Positions 22,899-31,658 of a DNA stretch of 31,843 nucleotides are shown here, one piece after another. Positions within the stretch are counted from its first letter, which is position 1. Each line of letters starts with the position of its first letter. The stretch comes from an uncultured Gammaproteobacteria bacterium (GTDB lineage: Bacteria; Patescibacteriota; Patescibacteriia; UBA2591; UBA6264): assembly GCA_964507075.1 (NCBI GenBank), contig CAZDOL010000007.1:1-31843 (forward strand). Direction: 5' to 3'. Both the position numbers and the translations under genes were made by a program. A model generated the notes under the pieces. That model was not told the origin of the DNA, made no database searches, and saw only the letters and a list, made by a program, of their open reading frames with translations.

Positions 22899-24083
22899 TT
22901 AAACGATTTTCAAAAAATACCTCTTCCCTTTTTGAATTATATCTCCTTTTCTGACTATTCTGTCAATTGATTCAACAACTTTCCCATTTATTTTAATGCC
23001 CTTTTGTTTTATTAAACGTCGCGCTGCGCCCTTACTTTGGGCCAAACTAGCCACAACAAGAACATCCACTATATTTTTATTTGCTAACTTCTGTTCTAAT
23101 AATTCATCTGGAATTTCTTTTTTTTGAAAAATTAAATTAAAATTTTCTTGAGCTTTTTGGGCTTTAATTTTACCCCAATAAATCCCAGTGATCTCTTTTG
23201 CTAATTCTACTTTAATGTTCCGAGGATTAATCCTATCCCTTTTTAATTCTTCTAAATATTGTTTAATTTGTTTAATGGGAATTCTGGTGCAATGCTCGAA
23301 ATAGCTTATTATCAGCTCGTCTGGGATACTCATTACTTTGCCGAACATATCATTTGCCTCATCAAAAATATTTATAGTATTTCCCCAACTGGAACTCATT
23401 TTTCGTCCATCTCGACCTAAAATAAGATTCATCATTAAAATGTCCTGTGGTTGCTGTTTATAATGTGATTGCAAGGTTCGTCCAGCCAAAAGATTAAATC
23501 TTTGGTCAGTGCCTCCTACTTCCAAATCTGATTTTACAACTACACTATCATATCCTTGCATTAGAGGATATAATAATTCTCTTAGAGAAATTCTTTTACC
23601 AAGCTTTAATCTTTTTCTTATATTCTCTCGTCCAATAAACTCGGCTAGAGAAAATTGATTTGCCTGTTTCCCTATTTCTGCATATCCTATCTTTTTCAAC
23701 CATTTAGAATTGAAATGTATTTCTGTTTTATCGGTATCTAAAATTTTTCCAACTTGCTTAATATATGTTTTGATATTTCTCTTAATTTCTTCTTCCGAAA
23801 GCATAGGTCGCTCACTTTCCTTGTCAGAAGTATCTCCTATTTCTCCGGTAAAATCACCGATTATAAATATAATCTGATGTCCCAAATCTTGAAAATCTTT
23901 TAATTTTAAAAGCGTTACTGCTCGTCCTAAATGAATATTGGGACTAGTGGGGTCAATGCCTAATTTTATTCTTAATTTTTTTCCTGAGGATAAACATTTT
24001 CGTAAATGGCCAACATCAATTACTTCATTAACTCCTCGAGTCAATAAATCTTCTATTTGTTCTTTTGTGGCTTTAATTTTCAT
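22899..24083 (-). CDS. tyrS: Tyrosyl-tRNA synthetase
   Basis: 394 aa; GIDPTSPNIHLGR (HIGH-like), KMSSSWGN (KMSKS-like) and a C-terminal S4 domain (AARRLIKQKGIKINGKVV). Confidence 0.9.
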   Translation of the reverse strand: MKIKATKEQIEDLLTRGVNEVIDVGHLRKCLSSGKKLRIKLGIDPTSPNIHLGRAVTLLKLKDFQDLGHQIIFIIGDFTGEIGDTSDKESERPMLSEEEIKRNIKTYIKQVGKILDTDKTEIHFNSKWLKKIGYAEIGKQANQFSLAEFIGRENIRKRLKLGKRISLRELLYPLMQGYDSVVVKSDLEVGGTDQRFNLLAGRTLQSHYKQQPQDILMMNLILGRDGRKMSSSWGNTINIFDEANDMFGKVMSIPDELIISYFEHCTRIPIKQIKQYLEELKRDRINPRNIKVELAKEITGIYWGKIKAQKAQENFNLIFQKKEIPDELLEQKLANKNIVDVLVVASLAQSKGAARRLIKQKGIKINGKVVESIDRIVRKGDIIQKGKRYFLKIV

Positions 24084-24118
24084 ATTTAAAAAATAAATAA
24101 TGGCGAAATTCTTAGCGT

Positions 24119-24164
24119 GTGGCTTTGCCGTCCGAAGCTCCGAGCGTTAGCGAGGAGCGAAGGA
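24119..24164 (-). repeat. GC-rich nested-hairpin repeat (trailer copy b), starting right after the tRNA-Ser(UGA) CCA
   Basis: Minus strand TCCTTCGCTCCTCGCTAACGCTCGGAGCTTCGGACGGCAAAGCCAC. Near-identical to 16274-16319. Confidence 0.8.
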
Positions 24165-24251
24165 TGGCGGAGAGGGTGGGATTCGAACCCACATGTCCTT
24201 GCGGACGCCGCTTTTCAAGAGCGGTGGAATGAACCGTTATCCGACCTCTCC
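24165..24251 (-). tRNA. tRNA-Ser (anticodon UGA), CCA encoded
   Basis: Minus strand GGAGAGG TC GGATAACGGTTCATTCC A CCGCT CTTGAAA AGCGG CGTCCGCAAGGACAT GTGGG TTCGAAT CCCAC CCTCTCC G CCA. Long variable arm. Two TATAAT boxes lie directly upstream (TGTATAATCGTATAATG). Confidence 0.9.
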
Positions 24252-24336
24252 ATTATACGATTATACAAAGAAACGCTTATTATTTCAAAACCACACAGGA
24301 CCCAAACTCAACTTTGCGCTAAGCGTGGCGGTGTTC

Positions 24337-24382
24337 GAAAAAATTCAAACAGATTTCACCCGGGTTGGACGATTTCAAATCT
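24337..24382 (-). terminator. Third copy of the GAAATCGTCC 3' end motif, downstream of the channel gene
   Basis: Minus strand AGATTT-GAAATCGTCCAACCCGGGTG-AAATCT followed by GTTTGAATTTTTT. Shares GAAATCGTCC with 18705-18714 and 19864-19873. Confidence 0.4.
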
Positions 24383-24436
24383 TTCATTCCGTTTTTAACG
24401 TAACTACGAGCTTCGCTCGGTTTGGCGATAAATTCT

Positions 24437-25282
24437 TTAAGACTTTGTTTGATGAATGACCATTTGCGGAAATGGAATTTCAATACCTTCTTTATCAAAA
24501 GCAATTTTTATCCTTTTTCTTAGCTCTCCTGTTACATCCCATTGTTTTAGTGGTTTAGTCTCTCCTAGAATCTTGATAATAATAGCGGAATCCGCAAAAT
24601 CATCAACTCGCAGAAATTGCGGAGATTTTATAATTTGATTTTTCCATATTTCATCTTCTGCTAATTCATTGCCAACTTTATTTACGACTGAAATAACTTT
24701 TTCTAGGTTGGAATTGTAAGAAACCCCGATATTTAAATTTACCCTAGCAAAGGTTTTTGAGAGATTAGAAACTGTTTTAATCTCTCCATGAGGGACATGG
24801 TGCACTGTTCCGTCTAAATCTCGAAGCGTGGTCATTCTTAAACTAATGGCCTCAACCAACCCACATGTTTTATCAAAACAGACAACATCACCAATACGAT
24901 ATTGATTTTCCATTATGATAAAAATTCCACTGATGAGGTCGCGAATGAGATACTGTCCGCCAAATCCAAAAGCCAAGCCCGCAATTCCTGCGGCTGCAAG
25001 AAGTGGCCCGACAGAAATGCCAATTTCTTGCAATCCCATGAATAAAGCAAGGATCCAGACAAGGATACCTACCGATGAAGAGAAAATTTTAATAAGCGTA
25101 TCTTCACGTTTTTTTTCTGCTTCTTTGCTAATAAAACGATCTGAAACAACAAATTTTCTAACAAACTTTTCAATTAAAGTGCCCATGAAACGACTAATAA
25201 GATAGGCTACAAAAACAATAACAATAATTTTTATGCCGTGATCAAAAAACCAGGGTGATATTTGTTGAATAATTGTTTGCAT
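24437..25282 (-). CDS. Small-conductance mechanosensitive channel (MscS family)
   Basis: 281 aa; 3 TM helices, the pore-helix GLAFGFGGQYLIRDLISG and the beta-domain YRIGDVV...G.VEAISLRMTTLRDLDGTVHHVPHG. Confidence 0.85.
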   Translation of the reverse strand: MQTIIQQISPWFFDHGIKIIVIVFVAYLISRFMGTLIEKFVRKFVVSDRFISKEAEKKREDTLIKIFSSSVGILVWILALFMGLQEIGISVGPLLAAAGIAGLAFGFGGQYLIRDLISGIFIIMENQYRIGDVVCFDKTCGLVEAISLRMTTLRDLDGTVHHVPHGEIKTVSNLSKTFARVNLNIGVSYNSNLEKVISVVNKVGNELAEDEIWKNQIIKSPQFLRVDDFADSAIIIKILGETKPLKQWDVTGELRKRIKIAFDKEGIEIPFPQMVIHQTKS

Positions 25283-25316
25283 ATAATTCGTATTATTTTA
25301 ACACTATTTCAAATTT

Positions 25317-25390
25317 TGGCGGAGAGAGAGGGATTCGTCAGGTCATCCGACCTGACGCCGAGTCGAATGACTCGGCGAACCCGCGATAAT
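25317..25390 (-). pseudogene. tRNA-Ser-like 3' fragment (T-arm plus acceptor plus CCA) with its T-loop split by twin perfect hairpins
   Basis: Minus strand GCGGGTTC-[GCCGAGTC ATTC GACTCGGC][GTCAGGTC GGAT GACCTGAC]-GAATCCCTCTCTCTCCGCCA. No matching 5' half (GGAGAGA...) lies upstream. Confidence 0.5.
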
Positions 25391-25429
25391 CTTTCTACTA
25401 ACTAATCCACTTCGTTTTGTCTTACTAAC

Positions 25430-25514
25430 TGGCGGAGAGGGCGGGGCTCGAACCCGCAAGTCCTTGTGGACGCCAGTTTAGCAAACTGGTGGAATACCAT
25501 TATCCGACCTCTCC
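25430..25514 (-). tRNA. tRNA-Ser (anticodon GCU), CCA encoded
   Basis: Minus strand GGAGAGG TC GGATAATGGTATTCC A CCAGT TTGCTAA ACTGG CGTCCACAAGGACTT GCGGG TTCGAGC CCCGC CCTCTCC G CCA. Confidence 0.9.
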
Positions 25515-25537
25515 AGATTTAATAATAAAACTTAATA

Positions 25538-26554
25538 TTATACAGTGTATCTATTTAAGTGCTTTGGATTATGGGGATTAAAAATTTCGAAATATCTTTT
25601 CACATTCGCAATACTATCAATTCGCACATCCCTCTCTCGCGCTAACCTTGGTTTTATTCCATTGCTTTCAAGAATACTAAACACAGAATGACGAAGTGGT
25701 TTAGAAAAACTTGTAAAAGCTAATTTTTTATACTTATAAAACTTTCCGTTTACTTTATATTTGTGTGTAAAAACAGATCCGTCAGTATCAATAAGGCCAC
25801 GAACGCAAGCAATTGAATATAATTTATCCTGCTTAACCCAGTCTGGGATATCTATTTGTTGTTTTATTTTATTGCCCTGCTTAAGTCCAAGCTTGTCAAC
25901 ACAAAAACGAATTAGTTCAATTCGTGAAATAATAAAACTCACTGACAGTTCCTTCTTTCTATAATACGCACCGACAGGAACATCAAACAGCTTTTTTATC
26001 AAAGCAACAATAAATCTAGAATACTCTTCGTCATCAAAACGATGAAGGGTAATGTTTAGTTGATACTTAGATATCCCACCGTCTCCCAACATAATTCCAA
26101 CGAATTCAGCGAGATCTTGTGAAAAACGTGGCCTCTTAATTGGCTTGGACACTCCAATAATAGAATGTGTCTTATATTTTCCTGTATTCTCCCACCACTC
26201 ATGCCATTTCTTTTTCCGATATTTTGGGTCTCCTCCAATATGGCCATATTTTTTATATACTGCAACACCTCCCGCATGAGCACCCTTATAAACATACCAA
26301 AAAGGATTCTTGATTTCAACATTTTTTGGCATTTTTATCGTTGCCAATCTACAAATCTTTTTTATTGCCACCAAAGACATTGAATATTTTTCTCTCTTCC
26401 AATCATTAAGCGTTCTTTTGTGTATTTTTATTTCATCTGCAAACGAGAGCCACTGGATACCCAACTTTTTTTTTGCCATTAATAAAAATTGCTGCTGTTT
26501 ACCAGAAGGAAAAATAACTCTTTTATTACCTTTCTCTATTAACGACTTTACCAT
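25538..26554 (-). CDS. Free-standing double-motif LAGLIDADG homing endonuclease with an N-terminal HTH-like domain
   Basis: 338 aa; two LAGLIDADG motifs (LAEFVGIMLGDGGI and ACVRGLIDTDGSV). Not visibly inside an intron or intein. Confidence 0.8.
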   Translation of the reverse strand: MVKSLIEKGNKRVIFPSGKQQQFLLMAKKKLGIQWLSFADEIKIHKRTLNDWKREKYSMSLVAIKKICRLATIKMPKNVEIKNPFWYVYKGAHAGGVAVYKKYGHIGGDPKYRKKKWHEWWENTGKYKTHSIIGVSKPIKRPRFSQDLAEFVGIMLGDGGISKYQLNITLHRFDDEEYSRFIVALIKKLFDVPVGAYYRKKELSVSFIISRIELIRFCVDKLGLKQGNKIKQQIDIPDWVKQDKLYSIACVRGLIDTDGSVFTHKYKVNGKFYKYKKLAFTSFSKPLRHSVFSILESNGIKPRLARERDVRIDSIANVKRYFEIFNPHNPKHLNRYTV

Positions 26555-26677
26555 TATTCCATTCTATCATATCTGTTAAATAAAAACAAGTAAATTTTTA
26601 AAAAGCCTTAAACCACTCAGGCACCTCTCCTTTTTAAAAATATAGCAAAGAATATCTTTTTTCAGTATACCCTTAAA

Positions 26678-26705
26678 TTGCCAAAAAGTCAAATTATGAT
26701 AAAAT
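26678..26705 (+). promoter_or_regulatory. Promoter placing the TSS at or next to the recG ATG (possible leaderless mRNA)
   Basis: TTGCCA (26678-26683), 16 nt, TGa-TAAAAT (26697-26705), then 7 nt to the ATG at 26713. Confidence 0.4.
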
Positions 26706-26712
26706 CAACGAT

Positions 26713-28836
26713 ATGAATAATCTTAAAATGCCTGTTTCTGAATTAAATAGAGTGGGCAAAACAACTGCAACTCAATTGAAAAGAATAGGTATTGAAACTA
26801 TTAAAGATTTGGTGTCGCATTATCCTTTTCGCTACGAAGATTATAGTCAAATATTAACTATTGAAGAGTTCAAAACCCAAAAAACTGGCACTATTAAAGC
26901 CAAAGTTAATTTAATTGCTAATCGTCGTTCTTTGAGAAAAAAAATGATATTAACTGAAGCAATTGTTTCTGATAAAACTGGGTCATTGCAAGTTGTTTGG
27001 TTTAATCAAGGATTTCTGACCAAAACTATAAAACATGGACAAGAAATATATTTAGCTGGAAAAATTGACAATGCTAATCACGGCCTACAGTTAATAAATC
27101 CTTCTTACGAGATTTGCGCCAATCAAAGGCCAATACATACTGGTCGTTTAGTACCTATCTACCCTACTACCACCAGTCTAACCCAAAAACAAATCCGTTT
27201 TTTAATAAGTCGGGCCTTAAAAACCGGCAATAATATAGAAGATTGGCTTCCTATATCTATTAAAAATCAATACCGACTTGTTAATCTGTCTTTTGCTCTT
27301 AAGCAAATACATTTTCCTGAAAATAAAAAAACATTAGAACAAGCCCAACAACGTTTAAAGTTTAATGAATTATTTTTGCTTCAATTAAAAAATCAAATTA
27401 TCCGTGAGAAAATAAAGAAAGAAAAGGCCCCTTCAATTGAATTCAAACTAAAAGAAACAAAAAGATTTGTTAAGGGCCTGCCCTTCAAATTAACCGACGG
27501 ACAGAGGAAGGCATCTTGGGAAATTATTAATGATATAAAAAAAGAAAGCAGAATGAACCGTTTATTAGAAGGAGATGTAGGCAGTGGAAAAACAATAGTA
27601 GCTATTATATCTTGCCTCAATGCTGTTCTAAATAATTATCAAGTTGCTTATATGGTACCAACAGAGATTTTAGCTAAACAACAATTCCAAAATATTTCTA
27701 ATTTATTGCAAAAATTTCAAGTTAAAATTGGCCTTTTTACTAGAACAAATGTTCTTGTCTATAATCCTAAATCACAAAAAAATACTAAAACAACAAAACA
27801 AAATTTCTTTAAAAAAATATCTAATGGAGAAATTAAAATTATTGTCGGCACTCACAGCCTTATAGAACCAAAAATAAAAAAAACGAAATCAAAAATAAGA
27901 TTTAAAAATCTCGGCTTAACAATTGTGGACGAACAACATCGTTTTGGGGTCAAACAACGCTCTAATTTGACTAAATTACAAAACGAAAACAATCTTTCAG
28001 CTCATTTTCTGTCCTTAACTGCCACTCCCATCCCTCGTTCTATTGCCCTAACATTATACGGCGACCTTGATTTATCAATCATTGATAAAATGCCTCCTGG
28101 ACGAAAAAAAATTATAACTAAAATTGTTGAATCCTGCAAAAAATCAGATACTTATCAATTTATCCGAGAAGAAATTGCCAAAGGCAGGCAAGCTTTTGTT
28201 ATCTGCCCATTAATTAATTCTTCCGCCCCATTAACCTCAAAATATAAGCAAATTAACGGTTTAGAAACAAAATCTGTTAAAGAAGAATATGAAAAATTAT
28301 CCCAAGATATTTTTCCTGACTTAAAAATTGATTTCATTCATGGAAAATTAAAAAACGAAGAAAAAGAAAAAATTATGCAGGACTTTAACTCCAATAAAAC
28401 TAAAATTTTGATTTCCACTACCGTAGTTGAGGTTGGTATTGATGTCCCCAATGCTACAATAATGATTATCAAAGGAGCAGAACATTTTGGTTTAGCACAA
28501 CTCTATCAATTGCGAGGCAGAATTGGACGTGGCTCAGATCAATCTCACTGTTTTTTATTTATTGAAAATGAAGGGCCCAAAACAAAACAAAGGCTAGAGG
28601 CCTTGTTAAAAGCAAAAAATGGCTTTGAACTGGCTCAAAAAGATTTAGAATTGCGAGGTCCTGGAGAAATTTTTAGCACTGAACAATCTGGTTTTTTGAA
28701 TTCCTTAAAAATTGCTAAATTAACTGATACAGAATTAGTTCAAAAAACTAGGTTAGCGTCCCAAAAAGCCATAAAAAATTATCCTGATTTGGTAAAAAGA
28801 ATAAAAAAATCTATCAATATAACGCATTTAGAATAA
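26713..28836 (+). CDS. recG: ATP-dependent DNA helicase RecG
   Basis: 707 aa; wedge domain, GDVGSGKT, DEQHRFG, QLRGRIGRG. Confidence 0.92.
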   Translation: MNNLKMPVSELNRVGKTTATQLKRIGIETIKDLVSHYPFRYEDYSQILTIEEFKTQKTGTIKAKVNLIANRRSLRKKMILTEAIVSDKTGSLQVVWFNQGFLTKTIKHGQEIYLAGKIDNANHGLQLINPSYEICANQRPIHTGRLVPIYPTTTSLTQKQIRFLISRALKTGNNIEDWLPISIKNQYRLVNLSFALKQIHFPENKKTLEQAQQRLKFNELFLLQLKNQIIREKIKKEKAPSIEFKLKETKRFVKGLPFKLTDGQRKASWEIINDIKKESRMNRLLEGDVGSGKTIVAIISCLNAVLNNYQVAYMVPTEILAKQQFQNISNLLQKFQVKIGLFTRTNVLVYNPKSQKNTKTTKQNFFKKISNGEIKIIVGTHSLIEPKIKKTKSKIRFKNLGLTIVDEQHRFGVKQRSNLTKLQNENNLSAHFLSLTATPIPRSIALTLYGDLDLSIIDKMPPGRKKIITKIVESCKKSDTYQFIREEIAKGRQAFVICPLINSSAPLTSKYKQINGLETKSVKEEYEKLSQDIFPDLKIDFIHGKLKNEEKEKIMQDFNSNKTKILISTTVVEVGIDVPNATIMIIKGAEHFGLAQLYQLRGRIGRGSDQSHCFLFIENEGPKTKQRLEALLKAKNGFELAQKDLELRGPGEIFSTEQSGFLNSLKIAKLTDTELVQKTRLASQKAIKNYPDLVKRIKKSINITHLE

Positions 28837-28842
28837 CGCTTG

Positions 28843-30177
28843 CTACGAATTCTTCTCTAACTCTAATACTGCTTCCTTTAGGTTTCTGACTGGAAGGATT
28901 TTCTTCTTATCAAAAAATTTCGTATCTAATGGACAAATTATTTTAGTAAGTCCCATCTTTAAACACTCTCGTATTCTTTTCTCTGGAAAAGCAACGCTCC
29001 TGATTTCCCCAGCTAACCCAACCTCCCCAAAAACAGCATAATCCCGTCCAATGGGCCTGTTCTTGAAGGCAGAAATTATAGCCAAAGAAACTCCTAAATC
29101 AATGGCCGGTTCTTTAACTCTCAAACCACCAGCAATATTAATATGAATATCTTGATTGCTTAAGTTCAATTTAATCCTTTTGATTAAAACTGCAGTCAGA
29201 AGACTTAAACGATTTAAGTCAAAACCACTACTCTTTCTCTGAGGATGACCAAAATTAGTTCTGGAAACTAAGGCCTGAACTTCAACCAAAAAAGACCTGC
29301 GACCCTCAATAATAGAAGTTATAATTGATCCACTGGTTTCTGAATTGCGATTTGCTAAAAAAATTTCTGAAGGATTCTTTACCTCTATTAATCCTTTTTC
29401 TTTCATGTCAAAAACGCCAATTTCTTGGGTTGAGCCGAAACGATTTTTGGCTGCCCTTAAAAAACGAAAATGCTGATTAGCATCACCATCAAGATAAAGA
29501 ACAACATCAACCAAATGTTCCAATGTTTTTGGCCCAGCTACTGAGCCTTCTTTTGTTACTTGTCCTATAATTAGAACAACTGATTTAGTGGCTATAGCCA
29601 CTTCTCTTAATTTGGAGACAACAACACGAATTTGATTAACGCTTCCGGCCACCGAAGGCAAAAGATGAGATGAAACAGTTTGAATAGAATCAACAACAAC
29701 TAAGCGAGGTTTATTTTTTTTAATTGTGGAAACAATAACATCAATATCTGTTTCACCCAAAAATCTTAAATTAGTGGTTTTGACTCCTAAACGTTTAATC
29801 CTGGAATGAACCTGCAAAACCGACTCTTCGCCACTAATATAGAAAACTGAATGGTCAGAAAACTGGCCAGCAACCTGAAGGGCTAATGTTGATTTACCAA
29901 TTCCTGGCTGGCCCCCTAATAAAATTAAAGAAGAAGGAACCATGCCTTCTCCAAGAACTCTGTCTATTTCTTCTATTTTTGTTTTTAATTTTACAAAAAT
30001 TTGATTTTCTGGTTGGTTAAATTTTATTAAACCATCTTTGCCAGAAATCTTTTTATTTTTTTCAACTAAATTAGCCGAGCTTTGCTCGGCAATTAATCCC
30101 CATGCACCACATTCTGGGCATTGTCCCAACCATTTAGGGAACTGACTACCACATTTTGAACAAATAAATACACTCAT
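28843..30177 (-). CDS. radA: DNA repair protein RadA/Sms
   Basis: 444 aa; N-terminal Zn ribbon CSKCG...CPECGAW, GGQPGIGKST, KNRFG and a Lon-like C-terminal domain. Confidence 0.93.
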   Translation of the reverse strand: MSVFICSKCGSQFPKWLGQCPECGAWGLIAEQSSANLVEKNKKISGKDGLIKFNQPENQIFVKLKTKIEEIDRVLGEGMVPSSLILLGGQPGIGKSTLALQVAGQFSDHSVFYISGEESVLQVHSRIKRLGVKTTNLRFLGETDIDVIVSTIKKNKPRLVVVDSIQTVSSHLLPSVAGSVNQIRVVVSKLREVAIATKSVVLIIGQVTKEGSVAGPKTLEHLVDVVLYLDGDANQHFRFLRAAKNRFGSTQEIGVFDMKEKGLIEVKNPSEIFLANRNSETSGSIITSIIEGRRSFLVEVQALVSRTNFGHPQRKSSGFDLNRLSLLTAVLIKRIKLNLSNQDIHINIAGGLRVKEPAIDLGVSLAIISAFKNRPIGRDYAVFGEVGLAGEIRSVAFPEKRIRECLKMGLTKIICPLDTKFFDKKKILPVRNLKEAVLELEKNS

Positions 30178-30210
30178 CCGTTAATTGTTGATTGTTGATT
30201 GTTGGAATTG
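30178..30210 (-). repeat. Short G-poor leader (copy 6, upstream of radA)
   Basis: Minus strand CAATTCCAACAATCAACAATCAACAATTAACGG-ATG, with a tandem CAACAAT/CAATCAA periodicity. Confidence 0.45.
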
Positions 30211-30304
30211 CGTCAAATCACGCCAAGTTTAAAAAATTGTCAAAATCATGCGGAATTTGAAAAATAGAGCTGAAACACGCATCAAAAGCGAGTTTGCGGG
30301 ACGC

Positions 30305-30324
30305 AAGAAAAGGGGACAGTCCCC
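30305..30324 (-). terminator. Palindromic terminator after the propeller-protein gene
   Basis: Minus strand GGGGACTGTCCCC followed by TTTTCTT. The same palindrome recurs at 31766-31778. Confidence 0.5.
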
Positions 30325-30335
30325 ATAATATGACT

Positions 30336-31628
30336 TCACTTAAGTTGTATCTGCCTTAAACGCTGGCTATCTACATCAGTAAAATATAAATAATCCTCAT
30401 CTTCAGAAACATAAATACTTTCAACATTATATCCGCCCATAGCTCCTTCGGCCAAAAAAGAAACACGACCCGTCTCTACATCAATCTTATAAAAATCATC
30501 TCTAATTCCATCTGCTAATTCTTTAACTAATCCAGCACCTTCTGGCAATTCCTTTGGAACCGCGCAGTAGAGAATGCTACCATTATTGTTAAAAGCGCAC
30601 TTATGGGCCCATGTTGTTAAATTAAGAACTTTTTTATTAGCCCCTGGATTATCCACCTGGCCGTTAACAAGATAAAGACGAGGCTGATAATCAAATTCTG
30701 CTGAGTAAACACTATAAACAAGTTTATTTCCCTGGGGAGACCATTGTGGTTCAAAATCACGACCATCAATAATTAAAGATTTAAAATTCTCGTTATTTTG
30801 ACCAATTAAAAGCATTTCTTGTTCCCATGCTCCACGCGGGCTACCAGTAGCTGAAAAAGCTATAATCTGATTATTTGGAGACCAACTCATGGTCACTTTG
30901 TCAGCATTATCCCCTAAATGTTCAATAGGCTTAGCTTGGCTACCGTCAGCCAAAGAAATAGAAAGCCAGTTGTTTTCGGGATATCTGCTAGTTGCCTTAA
31001 AGGCAATTCTATTGCCAGCTGGGTCCCAAGAAAAATCTTCCCAATTATTGGGCAAAGTATATTGCTTTTTTTTATTAAAATCATACATCACTTTAAATCC
31101 ATCTGGATATTCAATAATTGCCCTATCCTTGCTAGGAGCCCAATTGATGTCCTGCACATTATAAAAAACTTGGTTGCTCATTAAAGTTTTATTACCCAAA
31201 TAATCTGTCTCATAGAAATAACCTGTTTTAGGGTCATAATAAATACTATTATCTCCACTAGCGCTAAGGGTCGCTCCTTTAACTGGATCTATAACTACTG
31301 GGCTTACCCAAGTTTTTCGGCCTTGAGCAACTTCATCAATTTGAGCAACAATTACCTCTGCTTCTGTAGAAATTGTCTCCATCGGCGCTAAATCCTCTTC
31401 TGGCCACTCAACAAGAGGCAAATCTTGTTGAATTCTCTCGCTAACAGTCATTCTCTCCCAATCTTCTCTGCTCACTGGCAAGCGGGGCAGAACTTCTGTC
31501 GGGAGTTCTTCTTCTGGCTCTATTACTACTGGTTTTTTAAAAAAAACAAGATACAAAAGAAAAGCTAGAATTAATACTAATATTATAAAGCCAATGATTA
31601 TTAAAATTTTTTTAGTTTTCGCGTTCAT
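30336..31628 (-). CDS. Membrane-anchored TolB-like beta-propeller (PD40/WD40-like repeat) protein
   Basis: 430 aa; N-terminal TM helix ILIIIGFIILVLILAFLLYLVFF and repeated W.P.G..IAF / WSP.G..LVY propeller blades. Confidence 0.65.
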   Translation of the reverse strand: MNAKTKKILIIIGFIILVLILAFLLYLVFFKKPVVIEPEEELPTEVLPRLPVSREDWERMTVSERIQQDLPLVEWPEEDLAPMETISTEAEVIVAQIDEVAQGRKTWVSPVVIDPVKGATLSASGDNSIYYDPKTGYFYETDYLGNKTLMSNQVFYNVQDINWAPSKDRAIIEYPDGFKVMYDFNKKKQYTLPNNWEDFSWDPAGNRIAFKATSRYPENNWLSISLADGSQAKPIEHLGDNADKVTMSWSPNNQIIAFSATGSPRGAWEQEMLLIGQNNENFKSLIIDGRDFEPQWSPQGNKLVYSVYSAEFDYQPRLYLVNGQVDNPGANKKVLNLTTWAHKCAFNNNGSILYCAVPKELPEGAGLVKELADGIRDDFYKIDVETGRVSFLAEGAMGGYNVESIYVSEDEDYLYFTDVDSQRLRQIQLK

Positions 31629-31658
31629 AAAAATGATTAGTTATCAATTATCAATAAT

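Noticed and set aside
24117-24459. Plus-strand ORFs 24117-24398 and 24193-24459 (MWLCRPKLRALARSEGW..., MSLRTPLFKSGGMNRY...)
   Set aside because: They run antisense through tRNA-Ser(UGA) and the GC-rich trailer repeat. The open frames are a by-product of locally high GC and have no protein-like features.
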